Below, one piece after another: positions 1 through 13,980 of a DNA stretch of 64,000 nt. The notes under the pieces were generated by a model that saw nothing but the letters and a program-made list of their open reading frames with translations, had not been told where the DNA came from and did no database searches. Positions within the stretch are counted from its first letter, which is position 1. The number at the start of each line of letters is the position of its first letter. Source of the DNA: Iphione sp. A-MEVVRFRX5 (lineage: Eukaryota); NCBI GenBank assembly GCA_976226885.1, contig OZ320313.1, forward strand, positions 70,866,001 through 70,930,000, in the 5' to 3' direction. The translations under genes were made by a program, and so were the position numbers.

Positions 1-1712
1 AAATGCGATACAATCTTGATACGGAGAAATGGATTGCCTATCACGTACTCATTTGGAAACAATCATCTCCCGTTCCGTTACTGTGATATAATGGCACAGG
101 AAGACATATTACCAATTTAGACAATCTCAGTTTAGACCCCACCCTCCAAATAAACCCGCAGACGGCTTCTAAAAGTCTTCATCGCGTATACATGTAAACG
201 GTTCCGGTCGGATCACAATTAACCAGGAGAAAGCTCTCCACGTCTCCCACATTTTCAGTTGCCTGAATATGTTAAGTTCCGACGAAGGAGCTCGTATTTA
301 AGAAGGATCACACGGTAAGTTAAATAATAAATGGTTAGGGCAATATTTTCGGTTGTCTACCGCCCAGGCCCTCAACATTTATTATCGCTGCCTGTGTGGA
401 ATTTTTCATCCTAAACATCCCGGTCGGACTCTTACTATTGCTAGCCTCCACCGCCCTACACAAGGGCGTACTGACCTTGGTCGGGATCCAAAAGGGATGG
501 GGACTCCCCCTACGTTCCTGCCAGGAGAGCAGCTCCCAGAGCAGCTCGACCATGCGGTTTCAGCCAGTGGCTTCTTGTGTGGTACAAAACACGCCTCATT
601 GAAGCCACTTTCCGCTCATGAATACTTAAGGTTCAGGCGGGAGGAAAAAGCGGATGGTAGGGCTGGGAAAGGGGGTTGGGGGAAGAGGGCTTGGGGAGAC
701 CAGGGGATAGAGAGGGCGCTTAGAACATAAAAAGAAAGCATTTGGGCCCCGGGGAGAAATATGCTTTGTAAACATCTGTTATGCAACAATGCCAGATGCG
801 GAGGCTGTCCGCAACTCGATAGAAGTTCTTTACGAGGAATTTACAGAAAACGCATATTTAATGCGCTTTTGAGATTTTAGTCTTTTGAACTGTATAGCGC
901 CGTAGCTCACGGTGAGACCGAGGCGATTGTTTGTGTTAATACTACCAGAGATTTCATTTTCACACTGCAGGTTTTAGATAAAAATGTGCGGCACCTTCCA
1001 TTCCAAAAGGTTTAAAGGCTTGGTAATTGTAGTCATTCTCGCAAACGTCACATTTCGAAGGCATGGTGCTCTATACTTGATCCAATAAATAGATACCTAA
1101 TCTTTGCATGAAGAGCACCGCACCGGACGCGATCAAATACAGCTTGCATCTACTGTGATTCATCTAGTACGCCATCGGAAGTGTTCCATTCCCACCTCCT
1201 GCCTATCTTCAGTTGTACGCGACTGTTATAAAACATACAGAGCGATGAAAATGACTGGAGAAAGAGAACGTATACAACGACATTACTTAAATACTTCAGT
1301 TATGTAATGAAAGCTCTGGTATTTATGACTAACGAGTTTCTTATCAAAGGTCATAACACAGAAACTTCCCCTGAGGTACAATCTGGAATTATTTAGCGCT
1401 TCCTTTTCACGGCTTTTGGGCCAGAGATACATGTAGATCTACCCATGTAAAGTTTACACATGTAGAAATTATCTTAGAAAGTTTTACATGTGAACATAGT
1501 GATAGTAATTGGGACGCAGAGAACAGTGGTTAAGAACCTCTGGTGTAAATAAAAGCATTCGCTTCTGTAAACCATAGTGAGAAACCCAAATCCTAAAGGC
1601 AGTTCAACACTTAAAGTCATACAGGAACACATGATGTATAAATCTCACTTACTGATTTGAACAACAGTACCCCCTACATTACACAAGGCAAAAATTCTGC
1701 AACTGCTATTTG

Positions 1713-1715
<3 letters not shown>

Positions 1716-1749
<34 letters not shown>
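1716..1749. repeat. (TA)n microsatellite
   Basis: Directly visible in the sequence. Confidence 0.95.
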
Positions 1750-1752
<3 letters not shown>

Positions 1753-4700
1753 GAGTACCTATACCAAGAGCTCTTGGTATCAAGGTGTTTCTTCGGGAAC
1801 AGATTGTCCGTGTCCTTGAAAAAATGCTCCAAGAGTAACTCAATGAAAGCCAGTGCATGGATGTTCGAATAGATCATTTAGGTCACTATTTCCGACTTGC
1901 CCTACTGTGTTTGTCAATCTACTTGTTTTCTATGTTATTTTCTATGGCATTCACTGCAGTTGTGAGTACTTGCCTACAGTGCTTGTAATTTATGAATACT
2001 GACCCACATTGCCTGCAACCCGAACATTACTTTGTATTCTTTTATTTTTTGCACCAAGTATTTTTCATTAGTATCCTCCCTGTACATTTTCAAATCCCCT
2101 GTCTCTTTTGTAAATGCACCTGGTTTCACTGGAGGAACAATTCTTAGTGACAGGTTGCGTATAAAATTGACAATCGCTTACTTAGGGGATTATTTCTGAT
2201 ACTGCGTTTAGTATGCCTTTTAGCACCATCCGCAAATCACTTCCATACCTTAAAAGCCGCCCAGAATTTTCCCATTTATTTAACCTCTGGAAGAGTTCGC
2301 ACCACCTGTCTTCCCATTCTGAGAGGGGCTATAAAAGAAGCGTTGAGCCAAATTTGAGCTCCTAATGTTTAAACCCAAACTCGTTTGCACGCAGAGCAGC
2401 AGCTCATTTATTGTGGCTAACATTGATGACACTGGTGGGATCAAGGTAGAGCCTACGAGACAGAACTACTCCCGAAAGCGCTATCTACCTCAAAACTGGG
2501 CGAAAGAAAGCTGTTCCCAATCCTCCGCCAAGGTGCTGATCCTTCCCCATGGTCCCCTCAATGCACTGCAGAGACCATGCTGACCTCACTGGAACAGGCC
2601 TTGGCAGGAAGCTACTCAACAGACTGGCCTCCAATTGAACCACGGAGAGTCGACTTCTTCACACTCATCGGGATGGATGGCAAAGCAATCAAAGACACAG
2701 GACCAGCTCCAAGCGCCTTAACGGTGTGATTGCTGGGTTAAGCTTTTGTAGTATGATGAAATGATACGATTCAATGATTCTTGCACCATCTTTCCACCTC
2801 AACCAGCGCCCAGAACAAGACAGTGGGAAAGACTACGGCCAGGCCTGGTCAAAGCACAAGCAAACGAAATGGTTATAATGTGGCAGACAGCTATCAATGC
2901 CTGGACACCGTCTGGTAGACCTATTATTTGGCTACGGGCTCCAACTAAAGTGCTGCGTCAGTTTGCATATTTATTCCTTCTCCTACAAATTCACCTGGGA
3001 TCACTTTATGGGCAGTCTAAGTAACCCTTATGGTCTGGTTCGAGGGCAGTCAGCCAACCCCTCACACATCAAAAGGATCAAAAGGAGTCAAGGAATACTT
3101 CGGCGTTAGCCTAAGGAGAGGAAGTGACAGAGTAAGCACAGAGAAGAGAAAAGGTGAATCCACACTGGCCTCTGAAGTGGAAAGGCTGTGTATCCGACTT
3201 TATAATCTCGCTCACACGTTTAGACTCTCCTGTTTGAGAAGAGCGGTCTAGTCCCCTTAATCTTCAACATGCATCAGTTCTGGCCAGACGGGCCACTTCT
3301 ATTGAAATTGACCTGTCAAAAGAATTGGGGAACATCCACAGCACCTGTCAAAAAGGTCGCGGTCGGGTGGTAGGAAGTTCAGACTGCAAACATCAGACTG
3401 AAGATTAGATTACAAAAAAAGTGCAACGGCACAATACCTACGTATTGCTGTCTCTTCCAATGGGATCTATCCTGACTCAGCAAATCTTGATGCACTCTAG
3501 CCTCATCCTTAGCCCTGCTCAATTGAAGATACTTCCACGTACTTCTATTACCTGCAGCTCGTCCCTCAGTTTCGCACACTACTAGCTCCTCCACTGGATC
3601 TTTTAACGCAAAGGTAAGCAAAATTCTATCGCTTGAACCATTAACATTTAATCTTACATGTGAAAGACCTTCGGAGTTCAGGCTCCACCCGCGATGGCGG
3701 GGAGAAATTATCCCTGATACCGACCCATTTGATGCTGAAAATGGGGATTTTCTCAGACAAATGCAAGGTAGTTATAAGCAAGCACTGAGATACTCTGGCT
3801 CTGCTCTGATTTCGCCCTGTATAAAAAACATCATTGCAGTAGAAGATAGCACTTTTCTTTGAGATGATGGCAGCCCTATCGCGCTCAGCGTCCGTCACTC
3901 TGTGCACAGATCACAGCAGCACGGAACCAAGCAGCCTACTATCCTACTTGCAAGAGCAGTTTGCAGAGTGTGACTTTCTACTCCAGCACTGACCAGCCCA
4001 CCATAATCTATTTGTTATTGTACAGTCACGACAAACTGAACTTGAGCACGGCCACATAATTGTTGTTCGACTGGTCCTATTACGCAGCATGAGTCAACTT
4101 TAAAAAAGGGCCAAGGACAAGCAAAACTAAACTGTTTGCCAATCCTTGATGACAGGTAAGACAATTCAGGGTCCACATCACATAATAAGTGCGTTATAAA
4201 GAGAAGGGGGCTGCGAAATCACCATGCCAACCTCATAGGCACCGTAGCTTCATCTGGATGGATTGGTAAATCTATGAACACCATAGCATCCGCCGCAGAT
4301 AAGCCCACCCGGCCTAAGGTTGGCAAACTGGACATCACTAAACAGTGTACAGGAACCTGCATTGTTCCATAGCCGATGATTCTAGTCTGCCATGGCAAAA
4401 CACATAAAGCATGGGGGCAGGGGATGTTGGGACCACCGACAGTGCTAACCTCTCCAACAGCATCCACCTACATGTGCCGCCTTCCCATCGTGGAATGTAA
4501 GAATATATATGTGATAGTAGCTTCCCATGACTTCGCTAGCTGGACGGAAATATTGTGGCAAGCCCGACGCATCTACCCAAAGCACTGGGAAAACGCCATC
4601 AACACTAATGTTACTGTCTTTCGCCGAGTAAAATATAAATTCAGGGCCGACCTAAATCGAACTTGCAAAATGAATAAACTACGGATGCTACACGTCAACA

Positions 4701-7700
4701 CCCACGATACCTTACTTTGACCCTCTTATAAAAGTACGGTTATGTAGTTTCATCGCTTCCTAGCCGTCCTCCGTGGAATTGTGATGTAAGAACAAGGAAA
4801 CTGCGATCTCCCTTCTTCAAGTCACTACTAACGTTTACAGAGTCATGTCTCATCCAGTCACAGGTAGTTTCGAAACCAATCTAATGTTAAACATCTGTTT
4901 TATATGCTGAGCTATCCCGAAAAAAACTCTGCCCTAGATTTGAACTCAGTGAAGGAATAGAGAAGCAGCTCCTCCAGACCTACTACCTCTTCCGTAAGGC
5001 TTCTGTTAAAAAGGCAATATATAGCCAAGTTACAAAGAATGGCATATGATCTGGTTACTGAACATGAGGAGCACATGTACACAAGGACTCACCACTAGCA
5101 GGTATAACGATTACCACAGGTTGCAATAATATGTTAAATCTCAAGAAGACCAATGCCTCGCACAGTCCCGTAGACATCTGATTTGTACCGAGAATGATGA
5201 AGGCCTATAAGTGCCATTTACTGAGCGAAGGTTAGTGGAGGGCAAACCCCTTCCCACTGATGAAGAGTCTGACCGCCTGGATCATGGCCCATCTCTTACA
5301 GATGAAGCACCAGCGCTCATGCACCACCCAACTCGTTCGTGCTTCATGCTGAGAAGGCTTCTAACCCCGCCATCTCCGTCTTGTGTTTCAGTCACCAGAG
5401 GAGAACTTAATCTGAATGCCAGACTGCTGCCCCAGACGGCTTTGTCGGGCAGAGGGAGCCACCGCCTCTTCCAGTCTGGCTGAAGCTGCCATTAAACCTG
5501 ATGAAGCATCAGCGTCACCCTATGGGAAGCACTGCGTCAACTGCAGTACACACCTTCGCCAGTGCTCGTATGATGACCACGCACCTCCAGCTAAAGGTAA
5601 CAGCCTCTTCCCAGCCCCGCTATGCAGCATGGGGCGAAAGGACCTTACCATCACTTGGCAAACGCAGCAAACTGACAAGTTGCCTCCAACCAAAGGTCAG
5701 TCGCCATTTTCACTGGCAATCGCCCAAAGCAGGGTATTTTGTACCAAATGGCGGCTGGGCAGCCTCAGACTCCCGAAGACGCCTCACCTATCATTATGCC
5801 TGCACACGGCAGGTAATTGGAGTTATGACCAATCTCTCCCTCTACAACTTGAACACAAGAGCAAAGAAGGGCACTACCCACAAACCCATATGCATGCCAG
5901 ACGCCCCAAGATGTTCCACTTGTTCTACTTCTTCAGTGGCTAGGGAGAAGTCCGTCTTATATATGCTTCGTTCGGCGTTTCAGTTAGTTCTTAGCATGTC
6001 GCTGTAGAAGGCTGCGGATTATTGAAAGGAGACAAGTATGCTAGGAACTGCTAGAAGAAGCTAGCTAGCTTCTAATAGGTTCTTTATTGTGGATATTAAT
6101 TGTCACACTATTGCAAAGGTACGAAAAACAGCTAATTTCAATGTTTGGGATAAATGATCAAATAGTAGGGAGTGAATTTCCTCAGGCTTAAGAATTCTGA
6201 AAAACAAATGAGTCTATCATAATCAAGCTAACGGGAGAGGGCATGTATTGTCAGAAATAATCAGTTAAACGAAGGTGAAGTGGGAATAATAAAGAAAAAT
6301 AAGTGCTACTGTAACACAATCCAGCTGTCGAGGTAACATGAAAATGTGAAATGGGAAAAACAATTTCTAACCAAGCAAAAGTCTCAACCCGTTAGAGGCG
6401 GGAAGAGCCCTATGTTGTATGGGTACTCTGAGAGGGGTTCTAAATGGACATATCAAGGTGAAAAAACGACGTATCAAGGTAGTTTTATATCAGAGATGAA
6501 GGAAACAGAACAATATTACCAATAATAGTTCTGATACGGTGATTACTTCTGTGGAAATGAACTATCAGCTCTCATATGAGATACTGCCTGAAAGGCATCA
6601 ATCACCCGTACCGTGTATGCTTTCCAGCATCACTCATCCTAAGGTTGAGAATGCCTTCAGGCATCACTCGCCCTCACAGGGTTTACGAAAGTAGTCTAGG
6701 GCGCACTCCTATCCGTCTCTTAGACATACGTCAGATTAGTCACAATGCCAAAGATAGTGAGCCAGCCATGTATTTTCTCATCCTATATAACCCATCCCCG
6801 ACCATACATCAACGTATTAATCTGGGCGCAAAATCTCTGAGAAACATCAGATAACAATGGCAGCAAACCCCCAAACGTGAAAGAGTAAGTGAAACAATAT
6901 GCCTCTAACGCTAACTGTGGAGGCCTTTGGCAAGCATTAAGGTAACCATTTGCATCAACCTTCACAGCAGGACGTCAACTGGTTAGGGCGACGAAGATGC
7001 ACTAACACTTCATTACAGATGGGTCACTTCGTATGTTCCGGCGAGAATTTAATCTTCCCTGCCACCAACTAGAGACGGCTGAATGCCTAGAACAAACAAA
7101 CTAAGAACATTAATTTTAGTGAAGAGGATTTCTTCCCTAGTTTTCGTCGGAGGAAGCTTTTGAAAGGCAAAGGAAAGAAGTCCAGAAAGTATAGAACGCC
7201 GTGCTTTCCAGTACGGGACACGTCTTTACAATCGCGAATAAGAGACACTTTCAACTCCTTAGAGAACACAATAGGAGCACACCTCTGCCACATAAAACAC
7301 ATCGCACACACTCAAAAGTATATTCCTTAAGGCTCAGCTTGTCTATAAAGGTACAGAAATGGTTGGAAAGGGAACGAACAATAAAAGCCAATCGCAGGTT
7401 GTCTTCAAATGATTATAACGTTCAATACTTGGAGGTAATCATCTTCAAAGATTCAACCAAGAAAAAAGGGGAACCATAGGCGTCAATAATTACACGGAAA
7501 TTGCGTGCTTTTCTTCGATTCCTAACAGGTAGCATTTGAACCGAAAGCTTTCAAAGAGCACTTTAATCAGGATGGTGCGCATAAGAAGGCAATTGGGAGA
7601 GAATGCATAGTGTAGCGTGTGTACCTAATCGGCAATGTTTAAGTTTCCTATAAGGTAGTTATGTCTCTCAAAGAAGAAAGGTCCACAAAGATATCAGGTT

Positions 7701-10055
7701 AGTGTTCACTTATACGTATAAGTACATCTTTATTAATATTTTCCTGCTCATTTTATACACTTGTGCCCCTGTGGTATTTCACAATAAACCGTCTCTCATC
7801 AATATTCTGTTATGTTTTCAATATGTTTATGCTTTCTTGTTTTACTACAAACCAATGAAAGTCAGTTTGTTCCTTGTGGAACTGCTGTGATTTCTTTTCT
7901 CTTTAATTGTATACAAACCAATAAATGTTGCCTGTTCTGCAGAGGCCTTTGCAGTACATGTAAAAATACCGAAACAGTGCTCCGGGAAGTATTTAGCAGA
8001 GTAGTCCCCACTACAATATCACTTAAGGAAGAGATTTTAGTTTAACTTATCAAATGACTCATCTACCGGATAACAGAGGCTAGTACATTACTTCCAGAAT
8101 ATTCCGTACCAATTTTAGTGACCATTAAGTGTATTCACCATGATATATATAATGGTATATGTTACGAGATTTACAGGAGCACAGAAGCAAATTTACATGT
8201 ACATGTATATGCAAACCTGAAAGGACGAGAAGTGCAATCTATTAGGTTGATTTACCATGTTTTTAAGTGAAAAACCTTCAGCCTCGATGCATAAGCAGTG
8301 AATACTCGCTTCTTAGTAAACGAAAGGTTTTAAAACATACATGTACAAGATACAATAACAAACATAACCTGTTAATTTATTATATACGATAACTATACAC
8401 GTACTCATTTCAGTGGCACAAACCCAAAAAAAAATCACTTACAGGGGTCAGTTCATTTAACCTTCTGAAACTTAATTATGTTAAAAAATTGAAGTCAGAT
8501 GTTTTGGGATAGTGTTCTGTGTGGTATTCATCTGGTACTATCATCTCTTTGTGGAAGATTACAAGATTTCCGAAGTCTATTCCTTCAACATTCATTCATA
8601 CAGGGATCCAGGATCATACTGTGCATACTGGACGTGGCTGTGTTTATCAATGTCTCTACTATAGGTTGCGGGCCCTGTTGGGTTGTAGTTGCATGAATAA
8701 AACTGCATTAAATTAATGAATTAAAATTAAGTTTGGACCTTAAACATGGGATTAGTAGGTCAATATTGCCTCTAGCTGGAGCGAATTCCCTATTTGTTTT
8801 CTATTGCACGTTAAGGGTTTCAACTACTTCCAAAATATGGCACAATCGTTCATAAAAATCGCATGATTTTATTGAACCAAAAAGTCAGTGAAAGAAAGGA
8901 ACCTTTTAAACTAATTTCCAGACATTAAAGCAAGGATGCGCTGTGGAGTGGGGAAGAGAGGGCAAAAAAACACAATCCCACTGCTTCATGATACCGTTGT
9001 GCGGGGATGTACTTCCCCACATATTTCACTGAGTAAGATTCTCCACTGATTATGTTGAGTGAGTCTGCCAAATTTCATGAGCGATTAGCTACCCTGCATG
9101 TTATGACTTCATGTATAAATATAGGAGCATGCGGGGACAAGTTCAGTTCACGTTCTGCTTCTGAATAAACAACATCTCATTGTACTCCTGTGTGGACATT
9201 GGTTTATTTGACATGCTAAGATCGGGTTGTAACAATACCATGTGGCGTGAGAAACTGTTGAAATCTAACAAACATGTAGGCCTCTGTGTCAGTCATCTGG
9301 TAAAGACCATTCAGCTGTCCGACTGGCATCTGTATTACATTCTTTCTAACATATTTTAATGTTATGGAGAAGACCTTATTCAGACAATTGTAGCCCCAAA
9401 GAAATCAGTACTACATGTACATGTATATCCCACAAGACAATATCAAAATCTATGAACATTCCGGAGATTACCCTTGGGAGAGCTTCAATGTCGATAGTAA
9501 GAGATGAAACTGAAGAAAGTCATTTATTAGAGATAAGGACTACTCTTGGCTGAAGGTGATACGACTTCACTATGAGGCGTCCAAGACTGCAAAAGCCGAC
9601 CGCATATCGCCATACATACTCCCGGGGAAAGTGAGATGATGACGAAATCTGCACCTACCGGCTGCGAATACATGTATGGCGTATTACGGGCGGCGTGGCG
9701 GGGGCCTGTGGCTGGGCGAGCGAACGTCTGGTTTTAACAAAAGGAGGTGTTGGGTGGATATTAGGTTAACGAGAGGCAGGGGCTCTCAGCCGTTCCCGAC
9801 TTCGTCGCGGAAACAATGGGCGTGAACGTGCGATGATTAAAAAGGAGATGGTCGCCTTTCGGATTGAGCCGCGGGGATAGGAGAGCTGTTAAGTGGGCAA
9901 GGAATTGTGAAAGGTAAAATTAGTGGAGCTGAGAATGAGAAGAGAGAAAGACGAAGGTTAATAAAGAGAGTGATGGAAATAACCGCTTATCAAAAGGGAA
10001 AACGGGCCCTTTAAATGCAGAAGAAAATGAGATTGGTTACTGGCACTGTCAAACA

Positions 10056-10224
10056 NNNNNNNNNNNNNNNNNNNNNNNNNNNNNNNNNNNNNNNNNNNNN
10101 NNNNNNNNNNNNNNNNNNNNNNNNNNNNNNNNNNNNNNNNNNNNNNNNNNNNNNNNNNNNNNNNNNNNNNNNNNNNNNNNNNNNNNNNNNNNNNNNNNNN
10201 NNNNNNNNNNNNNNNNNNNNNNNN
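10056..10224. other. Assembly gap (N run)
   Basis: Run of N. Confidence 1.
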
Positions 10225-12559
10225 AGAATGCGTCGACAGGTTACATAGGAGTGGGAGAGACAGAGATGGAAACAGTAAGATGAGATTAATGAGACCCGAC
10301 AACGTGCACAGTTGTTTCTGGTTCCAAAATATAGGAAGAACTGGCTTTTATCATATTTAACTTTTAGCGGATTCTCCAATGAATAAACATATCCCGCAAT
10401 CCTTCCTACTCTTAACATATTCCTTTCATCCAATGTCACATATGTTAAATTTCGTGCATGTCTGTCTTTTACTATGTTCACATATAAAAACTCCATATTT
10501 TCCCTCTTCATCCTGATCTTTGTACCCCCCCCCACGATCCCTTCTGAATTCTTTGGCAGATATGGCGTGCGCATCGACTGAAAGCTTCCAATTCTTGCGG
10601 GCATCTGCTGCCAATAGCTAAAAGTCCCGGCCAGTTGCTGTTGACCGGAAGTTGGTCTGTAATCTGTTGTTCCCTGAGGTGCCATCTTTTGAGCAGAGAC
10701 GAAACCAGCCATCTGGTACACCTGAAGCGGCTACTAGCTGCCTTGGCGGCCAACTACAAAAAGCCTTGCTTTCAGTCCACATGACTCACACTGTCCGCTG
10801 GCTTCCGGTGGTTCTATTTGTCAATAGAAAATGTCCTTGAGATGGTGAGGACTGGGATGCACTGAAGCGACAGGAATAGTAAGAGTAGTAGCATTCAATG
10901 CTACATTATGTGCAAAGGTATGTGAGTGGAGGTCTGTGTGAGTGTAACTGCGAGATCATGTGTGCAACCGTGCAAGTTTCTGAATTAAGTTAAAAAATAC
11001 CCTCTCCGTCAGCCCCGCTACAAAGGAGTTCAGGTCTCTTCTCCGAAGGGATAACTATAATATATGACACTTTATAGGATTTTATTCTGAAAATTAGTTC
11101 AGTGAATAAATTATAATCCAGACACTAACTGTTCTGGCCTGATGTGACTGGAATTATTACGTAACGGCAGTACTGAAATTCCAAACTCATAAGCTATAGC
11201 GTTACATGATCAAAATGAGTCAGTACACAGGCTACTTTATTTGCATTCTTTACGGGAGGAAGTATTTCGTTTTCACTATTCGTTCAGCGTCTAAAGCACC
11301 AGTGCGCAGTTTTATTTTTCGACTGGGACTGGTAAACATGTGAGAAATGTAATTATGTGAGAGCTACACGTCAGTTTACCTCCACAACTGCATTTCACCA
11401 ACTGGGAAGAGGTCAACCATGAGCCCAACATATTACCATAGCACTCCGCCTTAGCTCCTTACTACATTGTATTTGCATCATTCCAAGAGCTTAACATCTG
11501 TCGCTTCTTCGACGGATATATCAGATTACATGTAACTTGATCGTTGGCCTCCTTAGTACGATGATACTTGATTTCACACTTGACCTTTACTCCGGCTGTC
11601 TTTCTCTCCCCCATTAGAACTCAGTGGTACTTTCAGCTGTAAATTAACGGACCACCTTAGGTTATGCCCGATGAACAACAGACAGTTCTATGGTTATATC
11701 AGTTGGCTACTGAGGTCTGACGGAGTAGGCAAGGAGTAAACGAAGGTCCAGCCCCAGCCACCAGAGAGTACAGACATGCTTCACTGCTGCTCTACACCCC
11801 AGCTGAGCTGAACCAGCCCTACCACCTTTGGATTTGTTCCAAAAGAAGCTAAGTTAACCAGCTAGGTTCCCCAATGACAGGGCCACCCTGCTGCTATCTT
11901 ATATTTCTTTTTTGTCCCTTTTGTTTCTTATTGTCAAGCTACCTTGTTCTCATTTGATTACAGCAGCAGACAGCCATACAGAGCCCCAGCTCCTCAGAGC
12001 TGCCAATTACACCTGATTGTAATTGGGAAGCAACCTAGTCACCACCTAAGGGATAATCTTGCATTTTCATCAACCCATACAGAAGTTTTGTCTTAAAGAG
12101 ACCAATACTTCTCATTTATTCACCTTTCAGTTTTCCCCTCAACAAAGGAGACCCACCCACATCAGTTTGACCTAGTTCCCCCCAGCACCTACCAGCATCC
12201 ACCAGCATCCACCTGGTCTTTCATCTGTACTAATCCCTGCTAATCCGCTAATTACGTTTCCGCCGATAACTCCGCTTTGCCTTTGCGTATCGCCACGAAA
12301 CTTGGTACACACATCAAAGAGTTCGTTGTGCATGTCTGTACAAAGCCAAATCCATTGGTAATACAAGGACTTATTGTCGTTTTTGTGTTTTTAATAAAAC
12401 AACCCCTAGCTCAGTACTCCTGAGTCAGAGAAACACAAAATTCATACACTGTACAGAGAATAATATCATCTTCTTACATGTTTATTCTCATTGCAATTGA
12501 ACTTAAACTATTACCCAAAAAAACCCAGAAATATTGTCTCAATCCGCAACAGATCAAGG

Positions 12560-13980
12560 ATGGACACGGAACGCCCCCCTGACACCAACTACAGAATAGA
12601 CACTGGACACCCAGGACCATCCAACCCAGCACAGAAAAGAAACCTTTCAGAGGATGAAGAACTTTTCACTGAGGTAGTTAAGAGGAAATCCCGCAGGAGT
12701 CCATCAATCTGCAGTATTAGCAGCCAGGCCAGCATGCGATCTACCTCCAGCTCCGTCAATGGAACAGACAATGAAGCCGACTCCCAGCCCAAGAGATACC
12801 CAGACTTGATTGCCAAGGTAGAGGCCCCCTGGAAGACAGAACAAGAAATTTTCATAGCCCTGAGTAACCACTACCCAACAATCATGGTTAGTAGGACACG
12901 AATCTGGACCGGACAGCACAAACTCAGACCGAAAGATGAAGAAACCCTGCTCACCCTACGAGGTACAACAGAACTCGCAGGGAAGCCTGTCACCTTTACA
13001 GAGATGACTAAAACCCAGAAGAGATACATCCTGGTGGCAGGAAAAGTCCCCCTGGATGTCACCGCTGAGGCACTAAAGAAAAGCAGTCCCAATATCACGT
13101 CAGCTGAGAGGCTTACCAGATGGGACCCTGGGACCCCAAAAAACACCCCAACCAGATCTATCAAGCTCTCCTGGACTGGAGCAGCTGTTCCAGACACCCT
13201 GAGCTTTGGACTACTGGGACGTTTCCCACTCCGCACCTATATACCGGACCCCACTAGGTTTTACAATGCCAGCGGTTTGGATACATTGCCAAGGCCTGCA
13301 ATGGACAACAGAAATGTGGCATCTGTGCTGAGGCACATGCCACTACAGTCTGCCTGGGGAAGAGGGAGAAGAAGCAAGAGATTACCAGGAAATGCGCGAA
13401 CTGTGGAGGAGACCACATCGCTGCCTCCAAGGCCTGCCAGACAAGAAAAAATGTTGTCAAGACCCTGCAGAAAACAGCACTTTCCCAAGACCCCAGACCT
13501 GCTGCCCAGATGGTCCCCACAGCAGAGGATTTCAGTGTCCCACTACCTACTCCTGCACAGCCTCCACAGCCACCATGAGAGAAGAAAATGTCAAAGACCT
13601 CCCAGCACACCAAACCATCTGCACAAACAGTCCACACTGAAAGACCTAAGACCCATCCCAAGAAAATGGCCATGCAACTAACACAGACTGGCCAAACTAA
13701 GCCAACCCAGACACAGCAACCAAAACAGATGGAAGAACCCAGGCAACCACAACACCCACAACAGTCACACCAACTGCAAGCACCTCAGCAACCCCAGCCA
13801 CCAAGACCAGACCTGACCAGGAAACACCATGAAGCTACCCAAGCTTGCGACCCCTTCATCCTTCTTGAAAAGGCCTTGGAAGCCCTTACCGTAGCTTTTC
13901 CACAATACAGACAACTAATCCAGCTGGCCAAGACCCTCCTCCCTATGATCCGTTCGATGATGGAAGCATACTCCCTATGA
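12560..13980 (+). pseudogene. ORF1 (nucleic-acid-binding, gag-like) of the I-group element, disrupted
   Basis: ATG at 12560. After a 1-nt frameshift near 13265 the next frame reads ..CQRFGYIAKAC..CGICAEAHATTVC..CANCGGDHIAASKAC (three knuckles; the first has Y in place of H). In-frame TGA at 13576-13578, then the frame continues as ORF 13588..13980. Confidence 0.88.

Noticed and set aside
896-925. tRNA/SINE-like start GCGCCGTAGCTCACGGTGAGA
   Set aside because: A-box-like only; no B box or cloverleaf follows.
1674-1877. Minus-strand ORF with HAL..IEL...LFP.K resembling the missing TANGO6 C-terminus
   Set aside because: Spacing from HA to LFP differs from the recalled orthologue, there is no in-frame acceptor, and the ORF runs into a (TA)n repeat.
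10011-10721. 236-aa minus-strand ORF
   Set aside because: Its length is inflated by the N gap, and the remainder is unrecognisable.
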